A DNA stretch of 41,246 bases, taken from positions 62,001-103,246 of the forward strand of contig NZ_SBIV01000010.1 of the NCBI RefSeq assembly GCF_004765795.1, in the 5' to 3' direction. Each line of letters starts with the position of its first letter. Position 1 is the first letter of the stretch. Positions 20,896 to 29,900 of this stretch are shown one piece after another. A program made the position numbers and the translations under genes. The DNA is from Halorussus marinus (lineage in GTDB: Archaea > Halobacteriota > Halobacteria > Halobacteriales > Haladaptataceae). The notes below the pieces were generated by a model. That model was not told where the DNA came from. It searched no databases and saw only the letters and a list, made by a program, of their open reading frames with translations.

Positions 20896-21195
20896 TACAC
20901 CCGCTTTGGCGCGTCTCGTGGTTTAAACTGTCGGGTCGATGTGGGCGAGATTCGGGGGCCCGAAGGCGGATCGTGTGTCCGTACTCGGGCCTCGAACCGA
21001 CCACCAACTCCGGGACCTGCACCGGGCACCTGAGGGCTCGGCGCGAGGTTGGGTCGCGGTGATTCATAAGCGACGGGAGTCGCTGGCGGTTCGTCGCCGC
21101 GAGTGTTCGGAGTCGTTGGTCCGCGGGTTCGGTGTCGCCGAAGACGCATACGGGAGTCCGCCATCGCTTTGGGGGTGCCCCCCAAACGTCGAACC

Positions 21196-21441
21196 ATGCG
21201 AATCGAGTTCGACCGCGACACCTGCACCGGGATGTTCCAGTGTACCGCCGAGTGGGAGGCCTTCGAGGAGAACCGCGAGGACGGCAAGGCCGACCTCCGG
21301 GACGGCGAGGAGGACGAGCCGGACCTGTTCGTCCGCGAAGTGCCCGAGGACGCGGAGTTCGACGCCAAGATGGCCGCCCGCGTCTGTCCCGTCGACGCAA
21401 TCGAGGTCTACGACGACGACGGCGAGCGACTCGTCCCCTGA
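21196..21441 (+). CDS. Ferredoxin (3Fe-4S-type)
   Basis: [16 protein letters not shown]…[10 protein letters not shown]; three Cys ligands; 81 aa. Confidence 0.88.
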   Translation: MRIEFDRDTCTGMFQCTAEWEAFEENREDGKADLRDGEEDEPDLFVREVPEDAEFDAKMAARVCPVDAIEVYDDDGERLVP

Positions 21442-21445
21442 GGAA

Positions 21446-21467
21446 GTTCCACGCGAAACGGGGGGGT
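21446..21467 (+). promoter_or_regulatory. Distal ORB-like box
   Basis: GTTCCACGCGAAACGGGGGGGT immediately after the ferredoxin stop. Confidence 0.55.
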
Positions 21468-21588
21468 CGAGGCCGTCCCAGCCGACAGTGACGACCCGAG
21501 CGTCGCGTTCCGAACCACCGACGGCAATGCGACTCGCCGAAAGCCGGCGGGTGCGTCGTCGCGAAAAATCGACCGTCGCTCGCACTCC

Positions 21589-21696
21589 TCACTCGGTCGT
21601 CCACATCTCGACGCCGTCCTCATCGTCGACGGCATCGGGATAGAGCTGTTCCTCCCAGCCGCGTGCGTCCCCGCGCACGTCCCAGTAATCACTCAT
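21589..21696 (-). CDS. Putative 35-aa acidic small protein ([35 protein letters not shown])
   Basis: Strong TTTTTATA box (21725-21732) at near-leaderless spacing, acidic composition, T-tract about 20 nt after the stop. Confidence 0.65.
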   Translation of the reverse strand: MSDYWDVRGDARGWEEQLYPDAVDDEDGVEMWTTE

Positions 21697-21780
21697 AGAC
21701 CTGTTTCAAAATTCGGCGCCAATCTATAAAAATCGTTGGGCGATCGCGACGATTGTCGCGCCGTCCGGGGGCGTCCGTCG

Positions 21781-22551
21781 CTACGCGAAGGTCTTCTCGG
21801 CCCACGTAACCGCGTAGTCGGCGCCGTGATCCCGGTACGTCTCGGTGTCGAGTGCGGCGAACGGCGCGGGGAGTTCGAGGCCGTGTTTGACCGCGCTACA
21901 GGCGAACTCCGCCGCCTCGGCGAAGTCGGTCTCCTCGCGGGCCATCGCACCGGGGAGCCCGTCGAGTCTCGGCTCGATCCGCTCGCCCGCGTCCTGCCAC
22001 GCCTCGAACAGCCGGGGGCGCTCGTCGGCCCAGTCGGCGAAGATCTCGCGGGTGTAGAGACCCCGATAGGCGTCGTACAGCGCCGCCGCGATCTGGTAGA
22101 CGCTCCCGGCGTCGAACGGGAGCGCCGCGTCGAGGTCGGCGTACCGATCGCCGAAGAACCCGAGGAAGTGCTCGGGGTCGTCCGATCCGACCTCGACGAG
22201 CGCCTCCGCGATCAGGAACTCGACGAAGTCGTCGGGCGAGCCCTGCACGCGGGCCTTCACGAACACCGTCGGCGGGACCGTCTGGCGGGTCCACGCCACG
22301 CTGCCGTCGCCGGGCATCCCGATCGTGAAGTCCGTCGAGGCGTACCGCCCGAGCAGTTCCGGAGCGTCCTCGGGGAGCCACGACTCGGGAAACGACGACG
22401 GATCGAGCGAGTCGACCAGCAGACCGAGATCCTCGGCCTGCGCCGGGGCGAGCGTCTCGAAGTCGGTCCCGCAGTCGAGGACGAGCGCCTCGGGGGCGTG
22501 AGCCGCCCGAACGGCCGCCACGTCCTCGGGGAGCGTCCGTTCGTCGAACAT
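21781..22551 (-). CDS. Conserved haloarchaeal hypothetical protein
   Basis: 256 aa from MFDERTLP; DFTIGMPGDG.V.WTRQT.PP motif; acidic. Confidence 0.85.
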   Translation of the reverse strand: MFDERTLPEDVAAVRAAHAPEALVLDCGTDFETLAPAQAEDLGLLVDSLDPSSFPESWLPEDAPELLGRYASTDFTIGMPGDGSVAWTRQTVPPTVFVKARVQGSPDDFVEFLIAEALVEVGSDDPEHFLGFFGDRYADLDAALPFDAGSVYQIAAALYDAYRGLYTREIFADWADERPRLFEAWQDAGERIEPRLDGLPGAMAREETDFAEAAEFACSAVKHGLELPAPFAALDTETYRDHGADYAVTWAEKTFA

Positions 22552-22643
22552 CACGCCAGAAGCCAGAGATTGACCAGTAGCGCGACCGCGAGGACCGAAG
22601 TGATTCCGACCGTCCCGACCACGATTTTGGTTGCCGTGCTCAT
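22551..22643 (-). CDS. 30-aa single-pass membrane microprotein (MSTATKIVVGTVGITSVLAVALLVNLWLLA)
   Basis: TTTTAAA box about 25-30 nt upstream, one hydrophobic helix, TGATG overlap with the downstream gene. Confidence 0.75.
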   Translation of the reverse strand: MSTATKIVVGTVGITSVLAVALLVNLWLLA

Positions 22644-22720
22644 GGTCGGGGGTTCGGCCGCGAGGGTTTAAAATGGGCCGGATTGAGGCGAACGAGCCGT
22701 CGGGGCGGCGCCCGGCCGAG

Positions 22721-24199
22721 TCAGTCCGCGCCGGTGCCCGCGCCGACGTCGGATTCGCGGGCAATCCGCTTCCACTCGCCGGTCCAGAACCGGAAGACGT
22801 TGACCGCCGCCCGGACGTACATGTCCCCGACGATGGAGACGTACACCGCGGTCAGTCCCAGCCCGAGGCCGGGCGCGAGCGTCCACGGCCCGACCGAGAA
22901 CAGCGCGACCCCCGGCGCGACCGCGAGGAACGCGATCGGGAGCTTGAACAGATAGCTCCCCACGATCGTGCCGTAGAACGGCCAGCGGGTGTCGCCCGCG
23001 CCCCGCAGGCCGCCCCGCATCGTCCGCGAGACGCTGAAGCCCGCGACGCCGAGTCCGAACACCCGGATGAACGTCACCGTCAGGTCGACGTGTTCGGTGC
23101 CGAACGCGACCGCGAGCGGTCTGGCCGCCGCGACCAGCACGACCGCGATCAGCAACTGGGTTATCAGGGCGATCCGGAGAGTCTGCCAGCCGTACGCGTC
23201 GGCCTCCTCGTCGTTGCCCGCCCCGATCGACTGGCCGACGAGCGTCGAGGAGGCGGTCGAGTACCCCCACGCGGGCATCAGCGCGAGCAACATCACTCGC
23301 CGGCCGATGGCGTAGGCCGCGACCACCGGCGTCCCGAGGGTCGTGAGCACGACCAGAAACGGGAATCGTCCGAACGTCCGGGCGAGTCGGGTCCCCGCCA
23401 GCGGCAGGCCCACCCGGACGATCTCGGTCGCGATCGACCAGTCCCACTGCTTGCCCCCGAGCGGGAGTCGGACCGAGAACCGCCCCGAGAGGAGCACGCC
23501 GGTGAACAGGACCGCCGCGAGGGTGTTGGCGATGGCGGTCCCCCACGCCGCCCCGGCGACGCCGAGAGTCGGGAACGGACCCAGCCCGAAGATCAGGACC
23601 GCGTTCAGCCCGATGTTCGTCGGGAGGGTGAGCAGTCGGATGTACATCGGGGTCCGGGTGTCGCCGACGCCGGCGAGCGCTCGGGCGGCGATCATGCTCC
23701 AGAACCGGAACGTGACCGACAGCATGATGATCCGGAGGTAGAGCGCGCCGAGTTCGATCGTCCGGGGGTCGTCGGTCAGCAGCGCGATCATGCCGTCGGC
23801 GTACACCCACGTCGCGGCGGTGATCGGAACCGCGAGCAACAGCGCGATCCACAGCGACTGCTTGATCGCGAAGTTGGCCTTCTCGTGTTCGTCGGCGCCT
23901 TCGAACCGCGAGACGACGCTGATGGTACCGCTGGTCAGTCCCAGCGAGATGCCGAACGGGACGAAGAAGTACTGAAATCCGAGTTCGAGCGCCGCGACCG
24001 CAGTCGACCCCATCGCCTGTCCCACCATGAAGAAGTCCGCGACCCGGAGCAGTGTGCGCATCCCGCCGGTGACCATCACCGGAACCGCCAGATCGAACGC
24101 CTCCTCGCCCTTCTCGCGATCGAGCAGGCCGAGGCGCGCGAGCGCGGCCGGAAAGAGAAACGCGACGGCGCGCGCCCGGCGCTTGGCGTCGTCGAGCAT
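22721..24199 (-). CDS. MATE family efflux transporter
   Basis: About 12 hydrophobic segments, GDTRTPM, NIGLNAVLIFG, LGVAGAAWGT, RGAGDTRWP. Confidence 0.92.
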   Translation of the reverse strand: MLDDAKRRARAVAFLFPAALARLGLLDREKGEEAFDLAVPVMVTGGMRTLLRVADFFMVGQAMGSTAVAALELGFQYFFVPFGISLGLTSGTISVVSRFEGADEHEKANFAIKQSLWIALLLAVPITAATWVYADGMIALLTDDPRTIELGALYLRIIMLSVTFRFWSMIAARALAGVGDTRTPMYIRLLTLPTNIGLNAVLIFGLGPFPTLGVAGAAWGTAIANTLAAVLFTGVLLSGRFSVRLPLGGKQWDWSIATEIVRVGLPLAGTRLARTFGRFPFLVVLTTLGTPVVAAYAIGRRVMLLALMPAWGYSTASSTLVGQSIGAGNDEEADAYGWQTLRIALITQLLIAVVLVAAARPLAVAFGTEHVDLTVTFIRVFGLGVAGFSVSRTMRGGLRGAGDTRWPFYGTIVGSYLFKLPIAFLAVAPGVALFSVGPWTLAPGLGLGLTAVYVSIVGDMYVRAAVNVFRFWTGEWKRIARESDVGAGTGAD

Positions 24200-24324
24200 C
24201 GGTCCGAGTGGTTCGAGTGGCCGGTGTAAACCGTTTTGGCATCACCGCGTCGGTTGCCGGTCCTCGCTCGGGGCCACAGCGCTGAAAACAGCTCCCCACA
24301 CCCCGATGGTCGGCCCGCTCGCGA

Positions 24325-25059
24325 CTACCGGTCGGGCTCTTCCCAGCCGTCGGGCACCTCGATGACGTACTTGCCGTCCTCTTGAAGCGCGATGATGTAC
24401 TCCTCGCGCTCGTACAGCTCCATCAGGTTGAGTTCGTACTGCCCGGGCTCGACGATCCGGATACTCTCGAACTGGCTGTTGAGCTCCTCGCGGAGCTCTT
24501 CGAGCCCCGGCGAGTCGTCGTCGGGCGTATCGACGACCTCACCGGCCGGCGGCGTCTCGGGTCCGGCGGCCGGAGCGTCGGGGAGTTCGTCGTCGGAGAC
24601 GACGTCGCTTCGCGCGCTCGCCTGCGCGGTGTCTTCGCCGGTCGCGGACCGCGTGGCGGCCTCGGGATTGGGCGACCCCGCGTCGGCCGTGTCGCGTCCC
24701 GGCGACTCGCGCCGGTCGGTCTCGGTGCCGGTTCCCACCCAGTCGCGGACGGTCGCGGCCGCCCGACCGACGGCGCCCGCGCCGTCGTCGCCCTCCGCGT
24801 CGCCCGCGGTCGGCCCGCGCTCGGACGCCGAGGCGTCCCCGACCGAGGATCGGGCGTCGGCCGCTTCGGGGGCCTTCTTCGGGGCGGTCCCGCCGGCGTC
24901 GCGGGGGGTCGCGTCGGCGCCCCCCGTTTCGGGTCCGGGATCGACCGCGCCCGACGGCCGGAACTGGAACTTGTTGCCGCCACAGTCCGGACACCCCGAG
25001 AGCATCTCCTTCGAGCCGTCGGCGAACGCGCGTCCGCAGTTGGTACACTGGTGGGGCAT
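24325..25059 (-). CDS. oapC: Origin-associated protein C (Zn-ribbon)
   Basis: MPHQCTNC…GCPDCGGNKFQ, low-complexity linker, C-terminal FESIRIVEPGQYELNL; third gene of the oap operon. Confidence 0.9.
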   Translation of the reverse strand: MPHQCTNCGRAFADGSKEMLSGCPDCGGNKFQFRPSGAVDPGPETGGADATPRDAGGTAPKKAPEAADARSSVGDASASERGPTAGDAEGDDGAGAVGRAAATVRDWVGTGTETDRRESPGRDTADAGSPNPEAATRSATGEDTAQASARSDVVSDDELPDAPAAGPETPPAGEVVDTPDDDSPGLEELREELNSQFESIRIVEPGQYELNLMELYEREEYIIALQEDGKYVIEVPDGWEEPDR

Positions 25060-25457
25060 TATTTCCGGGAGACGAGCGCGCTGATGAGGTTCTCGTCCTT
25101 GTGGAGGGTCTCGATCTGGTTCGCGGGACCGATGACGGTGAGCTTCGCGGTCGACTCCTTGCCCATCAGCCGGTCGAGGAAGCTCTGGTCGGAAGTCTCC
25201 GAGCGGGGGTAAGTCTCGATCTCGATGCCGTTGAACTCGTCGGGGCTGATCTCGGTCATCGTCACCTCGATGAGTTTGCTCTCCTCGTCGGGGGACAGCC
25301 CCTGTTCGAGGATGACGATGTTGCCGTCGCGGACGCCGTCGAGTATCATCCGTATCTTCTCCATCGACGCCATCTCGGCCATCCGGTCGGCGCCGATGAG
25401 ATCGATCTGGACGCCGCCTCCGCCGTCGTTGGGGCCGTCCTCTTTCACTTCCGGCAT
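25059..25457 (-). CDS. oapB: Origin-associated protein B (DUF2073-type)
   Basis: SMEKIRMILDGV…GLSPDEESKLIE…LTVIGPAN; lies between oapA and oapC. Confidence 0.9.
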   Translation of the reverse strand: MPEVKEDGPNDGGGGVQIDLIGADRMAEMASMEKIRMILDGVRDGNIVILEQGLSPDEESKLIEVTMTEISPDEFNGIEIETYPRSETSDQSFLDRLMGKESTAKLTVIGPANQIETLHKDENLISALVSRK

Positions 25458-25461
25458 CGTA

Positions 25462-26103
25462 TCACCCGAAGTACTCCGCGATTTTCTCGTACACTTCGTC
25501 CATGTTGTCGCCTTCCAGCGCCGACGAGGGGATCGTCTCGTGTTGAGGGAAGGCGTTGCGGATGCGCTGAACGCTCGAATCTTCGAGGTCTGTCTTGTTG
25601 GCGAGAATCAAGACCGGGAGGTCCTGGCTCTCGATGATGCCGATGAGCATAGTGTTTACCTGCGTGAACGGGTCGGTCGTGCTGTCGAGCACGTAGATGA
25701 CCCCGTCCACGTCCTCGCGGAGCCAGTGCATCGCCTCCGCGACGCCCTCGGTCGCCTCCCGGGAACGTCGGACGGCGTCTTCCTTTTCCATGTCGTGGTC
25801 GAGGAACTCCTCGTAGTCGACCTTCGTCGTCACCCCCGGTGTGTCGACGATGTCGATCGTTACCTTCTTTCCGTTGCGCTCGATCTCGACGTTCTCCTTG
25901 CGGCGGGCCCGTCGGGTTTCGTGTGGAATGTGGCTCTCCGGACCGACGGCGTCGCCGGTCCAGTCGCGGGCGATTCGGTTCGCGAGCGTCGTCTTGCCGG
26001 CGTTGGGCGGCCCGTAGATGCCGATACGCTTCGGTTCCTGTGCGGAGAATAGCTTGTCAGTGACGCGGGATACGCTGTCTTTGAGATCCGTGAACAATCC
26101 CAT
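25462..26103 (-). CDS. oapA: Origin-associated Era-like GTPase
   Basis: G1 GPPNAGKT, G3 DTPG, G4 NKTD; divergent from orc1 across the origin. Confidence 0.93.
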   Translation of the reverse strand: MGLFTDLKDSVSRVTDKLFSAQEPKRIGIYGPPNAGKTTLANRIARDWTGDAVGPESHIPHETRRARRKENVEIERNGKKVTIDIVDTPGVTTKVDYEEFLDHDMEKEDAVRRSREATEGVAEAMHWLREDVDGVIYVLDSTTDPFTQVNTMLIGIIESQDLPVLILANKTDLEDSSVQRIRNAFPQHETIPSSALEGDNMDEVYEKIAEYFG

Positions 26104-26356
26104 CCTTTCCTCCCAGTCCTCCGCTATCGGTTAAGAGTACCGTCACGGGGGCTGTTGCGCGAACAACATTACCCCACTCACTTAAACCTACGTCAGACAA
26201 CGTGGTGTCGAAAACCCGTATTCGGGATCTGACAGCGGTTCCGATACTATATCTCCATGATCTGTCGATAGTAGTTCGTTTAGCATGTCTCTGGCCCGGA
26301 GGGCTATGGGAGTGTATCGCCCGCACGCGAATCTCAGCCATATGAGGTACGTCGGA

Positions 26357-26421
26357 GATGGTTCGTCAGGTTGGGGTGCTGTGGATGGTTCGTCGGGCTG
26401 GAGTGCTGTGGATGGTTCGAC
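26357..26421. repeat. 27-bp tandem repeat (about 2.4 units) in the origin region
   Basis: GATGGTTCGTCAGGTTGGGGTGCTGTG / GATGGTTCGTCGGGCTGGAGTGCTGTG / GATGGTTCGAC. Confidence 0.85.
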
Positions 26422-26559
26422 AGAGAGGGCGCGTGAAGGGCCGGACTTTCGACGCGTCGTTTGCGACCAGCAGTGAACTCGATACCGTCTCGCTCCGGTT
26501 CGGTGGTGAACTCGAATCAGAGTCGACTCGCCCCCGAATTTCGAGTCGAGTCGGTCGGC

Positions 26560-27400
26560 GTTTCCAATCGAAACGTGGGGGTTGTGAGCCCGAGCCAATG
26601 GAGAAAGAGACGGGGTCGGGTTCGACCACTGAACGCGCTCGACCGTTCGATTCGACGGGTCGAGAGTTCGAAAGCTAGCGAACGTTCATACTATTCGTCC
26701 GTCGACGCCGACGGAGGAGGTCTTCGGGCGGCGTCGTTCCGACCACCCCCACCCCTTCGTTTCAAGTGGAACGGGCGAATCGCCGGGGTGGGGGTGCGGG
26801 TTCGGAGCGATCGGCGGATATAATTCACTATCCGAAACAACTAAAATATAGATTAGCTTTGGTTCGCGGATATTGTTTAAGCCATGTTGTAATAAATGCT
26901 CTGGTTCTAGAGACCCCCTCCCCGCCCCACCGCGTTTCTCCGTCTCCACCCGAAACGAAGGGGTGGGGGGTGGAGTGTTCCTCGCCACCATCTTCCGGGG
27001 TCGGTCCGAGCGATCGGGTCGGTCCGATAACTGCTCTCTCGGGTGAGTGTGAGACCACCGCGCGAATCGAGTCGCGGCTACTCAGGATCGGCCCGCGAAC
27101 TATCGCTACGAAAATGACAGCTATATTTACAGTTAGGAGATAATACGTGTCCGAGACGGCGCTTGGAGTCCCACTTTTTCCGGCGAACTTCGTGCGATCT
27201 CCCCCGCCGGAGATCGTTTCGACCGCGAACTCGGTCGGCCACCGAGGAAAGAAGAAAGAGTTTAATACCCTCCTGGACCTTTGGTTCATTTGCATCAACT
27301 GGACGCGCCGGCGACTTCTCGCCTTCGGCTTCCCGGCTCTCTCGGCCGGTATCGCCGGATTTCGTCGTACGAAGCGCGTCTTCCACCTGAAACGTAGGGG
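26560..27400. other. Replication origin oriC1
   Basis: Inverted G-string ORBs at 26743-26772 (-) and 26944-26973 (+) flank an AT-rich DUE (about 26818-26910). Extra ORBs at 26560-26582 and 27380-27401. Lies between oapA and orc1. Confidence 0.93.
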
Positions 27401-27413
27401 TCGGAACGCACGC

Positions 27414-28904
27414 ATGTCTGACGAAAACACGCAACCGACGGACGACGAGGTCGAGGTGAGTCCCGACAGTAGCTTCGAGAACGTCGACCTCGACGACGTC
27501 GTGCTCGACGACGAGGACGACGACCAGGGCCTGTTCGACGATCTGCTGTCGGGCGAGCCCATCTTCGAGAACAAGGAGGTCCTCCGGCCGTCGTACACGC
27601 CACACGAACTCCCGCACCGCAAAGACCAGATCAACAACATGGCGACGATTCTGGTCGCGGCGCTCCGGGGAGAGACGCCGTCGAACATCCTCATCTACGG
27701 CAAGACCGGGACCGGCAAGACCGCCAGCGCGAAGTTCGTCAGCAAGGAGCTAGAGAGCACCTCCCAGAAGTACGACGTCCCCTGCAACGTCGAGTACATC
27801 AACTGCGAGGTGACCGACACCCAGTATCGCGTGCTCGCCCAGCTCGCGAACAAGTTCATCGAGTCAAACCGGGAGTTCGTCACCGGTCGCATCGAGGAGC
27901 TGTCGGCGCTCCGCGAGGAGGCGACCGCCGACCCCGCCGCGCTCGCGGACACCGAGTTCGACTCGACGGCGGAGATATCCGCCCGGATCGAGGAGCGCGA
28001 GGCCGACCGCGAGGAGATGGAGTCGGTCCCGATGACCGGCTGGCCGACCGACCGTGTCTACAGCACCTTCTTCGACGCGGTCGACTACGAGGAACGGGTG
28101 GTCGTCATCATGCTCGACGAGATCGACAAGCTGGTCGAGAAGTCCGGCGACGACACCCTCTACAACCTCTCGCGGATGAACTCCGAACTGGACAACTCCC
28201 GGGTCTCGATCATCGGCATCTCGAACGACCTCAAGTTCACCGACTTCCTCGACCCCCGGGTGAAGTCCTCGCTCGGCGAGGAGGAGATCGTCTTTCCGCC
28301 CTACGACGCCAATCAGCTCCGGGACATCCTCCAGCACCGCGCCGACGTGGCGTTCAAGGCCGACGCGCTCAGCGACGACGTGATCCCGCTGTGTGCGGCG
28401 TTCGCCGCACAGGAGCACGGCGACGCCCGCCGGGCGCTCGACCTGCTCCGGACCGCGGGGGAACTCGCCGAGCGCGACCAGTCGGAGGGCGTGACCGAGA
28501 CCCACGTCCGGAAGGCCCAAGAGAAGATCGAACTCGACCGCGTGGTCGAGGTGGTCCGGACGCTCCCGACCCAGTCGAAGCTCGTGCTGTTCTCGATCAT
28601 CTCGCTCGAGAAAAACGGCGTCCACAACATCAACACCGGCGAGGTGTACAACATTTACAAGCGCCTCTGCGAGGAGATCGACGCCGACGTGCTCACCCAG
28701 CGCCGGGTGACCGACCTCATCAGCGAACTCGACATGCTCGGAATCGTGAACGCGGTCGTCGTCTCGAAGGGCCGGTACGGCCGCACGAAGGAGATCAGCC
28801 TCTCGGTGCCGATCGACGAGACCGAGGCGGTGTTGATGTCCGACTCGCGACTCGGCGACATCGAGAACGTCCAGCCGTTCGTACAGGCCCGGTTCGACAA
28901 CTGA
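27414..28904 (+). CDS. orc1: Orc1/Cdc6 replication initiator (origin-associated)
   Basis: YTPHELPHR, Walker A GKTGTGKT, Walker B MLDEID, HGDARRALDLLR, winged-helix end GRYGRT; start reassigned to ATG 27414. Confidence 0.96.
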   Translation: MSDENTQPTDDEVEVSPDSSFENVDLDDVVLDDEDDDQGLFDDLLSGEPIFENKEVLRPSYTPHELPHRKDQINNMATILVAALRGETPSNILIYGKTGTGKTASAKFVSKELESTSQKYDVPCNVEYINCEVTDTQYRVLAQLANKFIESNREFVTGRIEELSALREEATADPAALADTEFDSTAEISARIEEREADREEMESVPMTGWPTDRVYSTFFDAVDYEERVVVIMLDEIDKLVEKSGDDTLYNLSRMNSELDNSRVSIIGISNDLKFTDFLDPRVKSSLGEEEIVFPPYDANQLRDILQHRADVAFKADALSDDVIPLCAAFAAQEHGDARRALDLLRTAGELAERDQSEGVTETHVRKAQEKIELDRVVEVVRTLPTQSKLVLFSIISLEKNGVHNINTGEVYNIYKRLCEEIDADVLTQRRVTDLISELDMLGIVNAVVVSKGRYGRTKEISLSVPIDETEAVLMSDSRLGDIENVQPFVQARFDN

Positions 28905-28956
28905 CGACGCTCGTTACGCTCGACCCGAAACGGCGGGCTTTCACGGTCGAAACGTT

Positions 28957-28976
28957 GTCCACCCGAAACGGAGGGG
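28957..28976 (+). promoter_or_regulatory. ORB-like box downstream of orc1
   Basis: GTCCACCCGAAACGGAGGGG, plus a weaker CCCGAAACGGCGGG near 28924. Confidence 0.65.
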
Positions 28977-29795
28977 CTACGCGGCCCCCGAGAAGTAAAG
29001 GCGCACCCATCCGAGCCACGGGATCCGGACCTCTGCGGTCCCGCGGACCCAGTCGGGTTTCACGACCGTCGAGATCCGTCTGGCCTGATCGTACTCGCCG
29101 TTGTTGTCCCCCTTCGTGATGAACCCGGCGTGGGGCGCCGGGCAGTTCGCGAGTTCCCCGCAGTTGTCGGCTCGCAGGTACTGCTTGTTGGCCTCGTCGT
29201 ACCAGTTCTCGCCGCTCTCGACCCAGAACATCGCGCGGTGTATTATGGGCGTCCTTCCGGGGTCGCCGTTCTGCGTGTAGATGATCACGTCGCCGGGGTT
29301 GTTGAACTTCGAGTAGCCCGCCTCGGCGCCGGCCCGATACGTCACGATTCCGGTGTCGGCGTGCGCGACGTCGGGGGCGAGGCGGCCTTCCTCCATCACG
29401 AACACCAGATCGCCCTTGTACATCTGGGGTTCCATGCTCCCGCTCTCGATGGCGACCATCGGCGGCCAGACGCCGCTCGCGGCGAACAGCAACAGTCCGA
29501 TCGCCACGACAATCGCGGCGCTACTCAGCAGTTCGCGGACGAACACGACCGCCCCGTGGTCGCTCCGGCGGAAGCGCCCGATCAGCGCGATCGGCCCGGT
29601 GTCGCTCGCCTCGCCGCCGTCCGAGCGCGGTCCCGGCGGGCCGTTCGACCGGGCCGCCGGCGCGTCCGAGCGCGATCCCGACTGAGCGTCCGGTCCGAGC
29701 CCGTCGTTCGACCCCGACGGCGACGCCGCAGTGTCGCCCCGGCTACCGTCGTCGGCGGACTCGTCCGACGAAGTGTCGTCGCGGGGAGCACTCAT
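28977..29795 (-). CDS. sec11: Signal peptidase I (S26B, Sec11-type)
   Basis: TM helix followed by VAIESGSMEP, GDLV, PIIHRA, ITKGDNN; start ATG 29795. Confidence 0.92.
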   Translation of the reverse strand: MSAPRDDTSSDESADDGSRGDTAASPSGSNDGLGPDAQSGSRSDAPAARSNGPPGPRSDGGEASDTGPIALIGRFRRSDHGAVVFVRELLSSAAIVVAIGLLLFAASGVWPPMVAIESGSMEPQMYKGDLVFVMEEGRLAPDVAHADTGIVTYRAGAEAGYSKFNNPGDVIIYTQNGDPGRTPIIHRAMFWVESGENWYDEANKQYLRADNCGELANCPAPHAGFITKGDNNGEYDQARRISTVVKPDWVRGTAEVRIPWLGWVRLYFSGAA

Positions 29796-29900
29796 CGGCC
29801 CCACCTTACCCGTCCGAGGTTGTCAATTTTCCGGGTCACCGGCGCCGAACGCCCGGATCGGTTCGGCACGCTTTTGCTTCCGCCCCGAAATGTGGCGTAC

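Noticed and set aside
20930..21190. GC-rich hel308-ferredoxin intergenic region as a possible sRNA
   Set aside because: No recognisable RNA family or convincing promoter-terminator pair could be identified by eye.
20858..21604. N-terminal extension of Hel308 to 996 aa in the ORF track
   Set aside because: It overlaps ferredoxin antisense and is Arg-rich; the promoter, SD and motif start point to GTG 20857.
26143..26169. Short ATG ORF (MLFAQQPP) upstream of oapA
   Set aside because: The ATG is only about 12 nt from the TTTAAG box, so it lies upstream of the likely TSS.
26104..27140. Short ORFs called within the origin region
   Set aside because: Atypical composition; explained by ORBs, G-strings, the DUE and the tandem repeat.
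27147..27413. Extended Orc1 N-terminus (585 aa); likewise DP1 from 29130 and PheT from 36581
   Set aside because: The extensions are non-acidic and overlap promoters or neighbouring genes; downstream starts fit the families.
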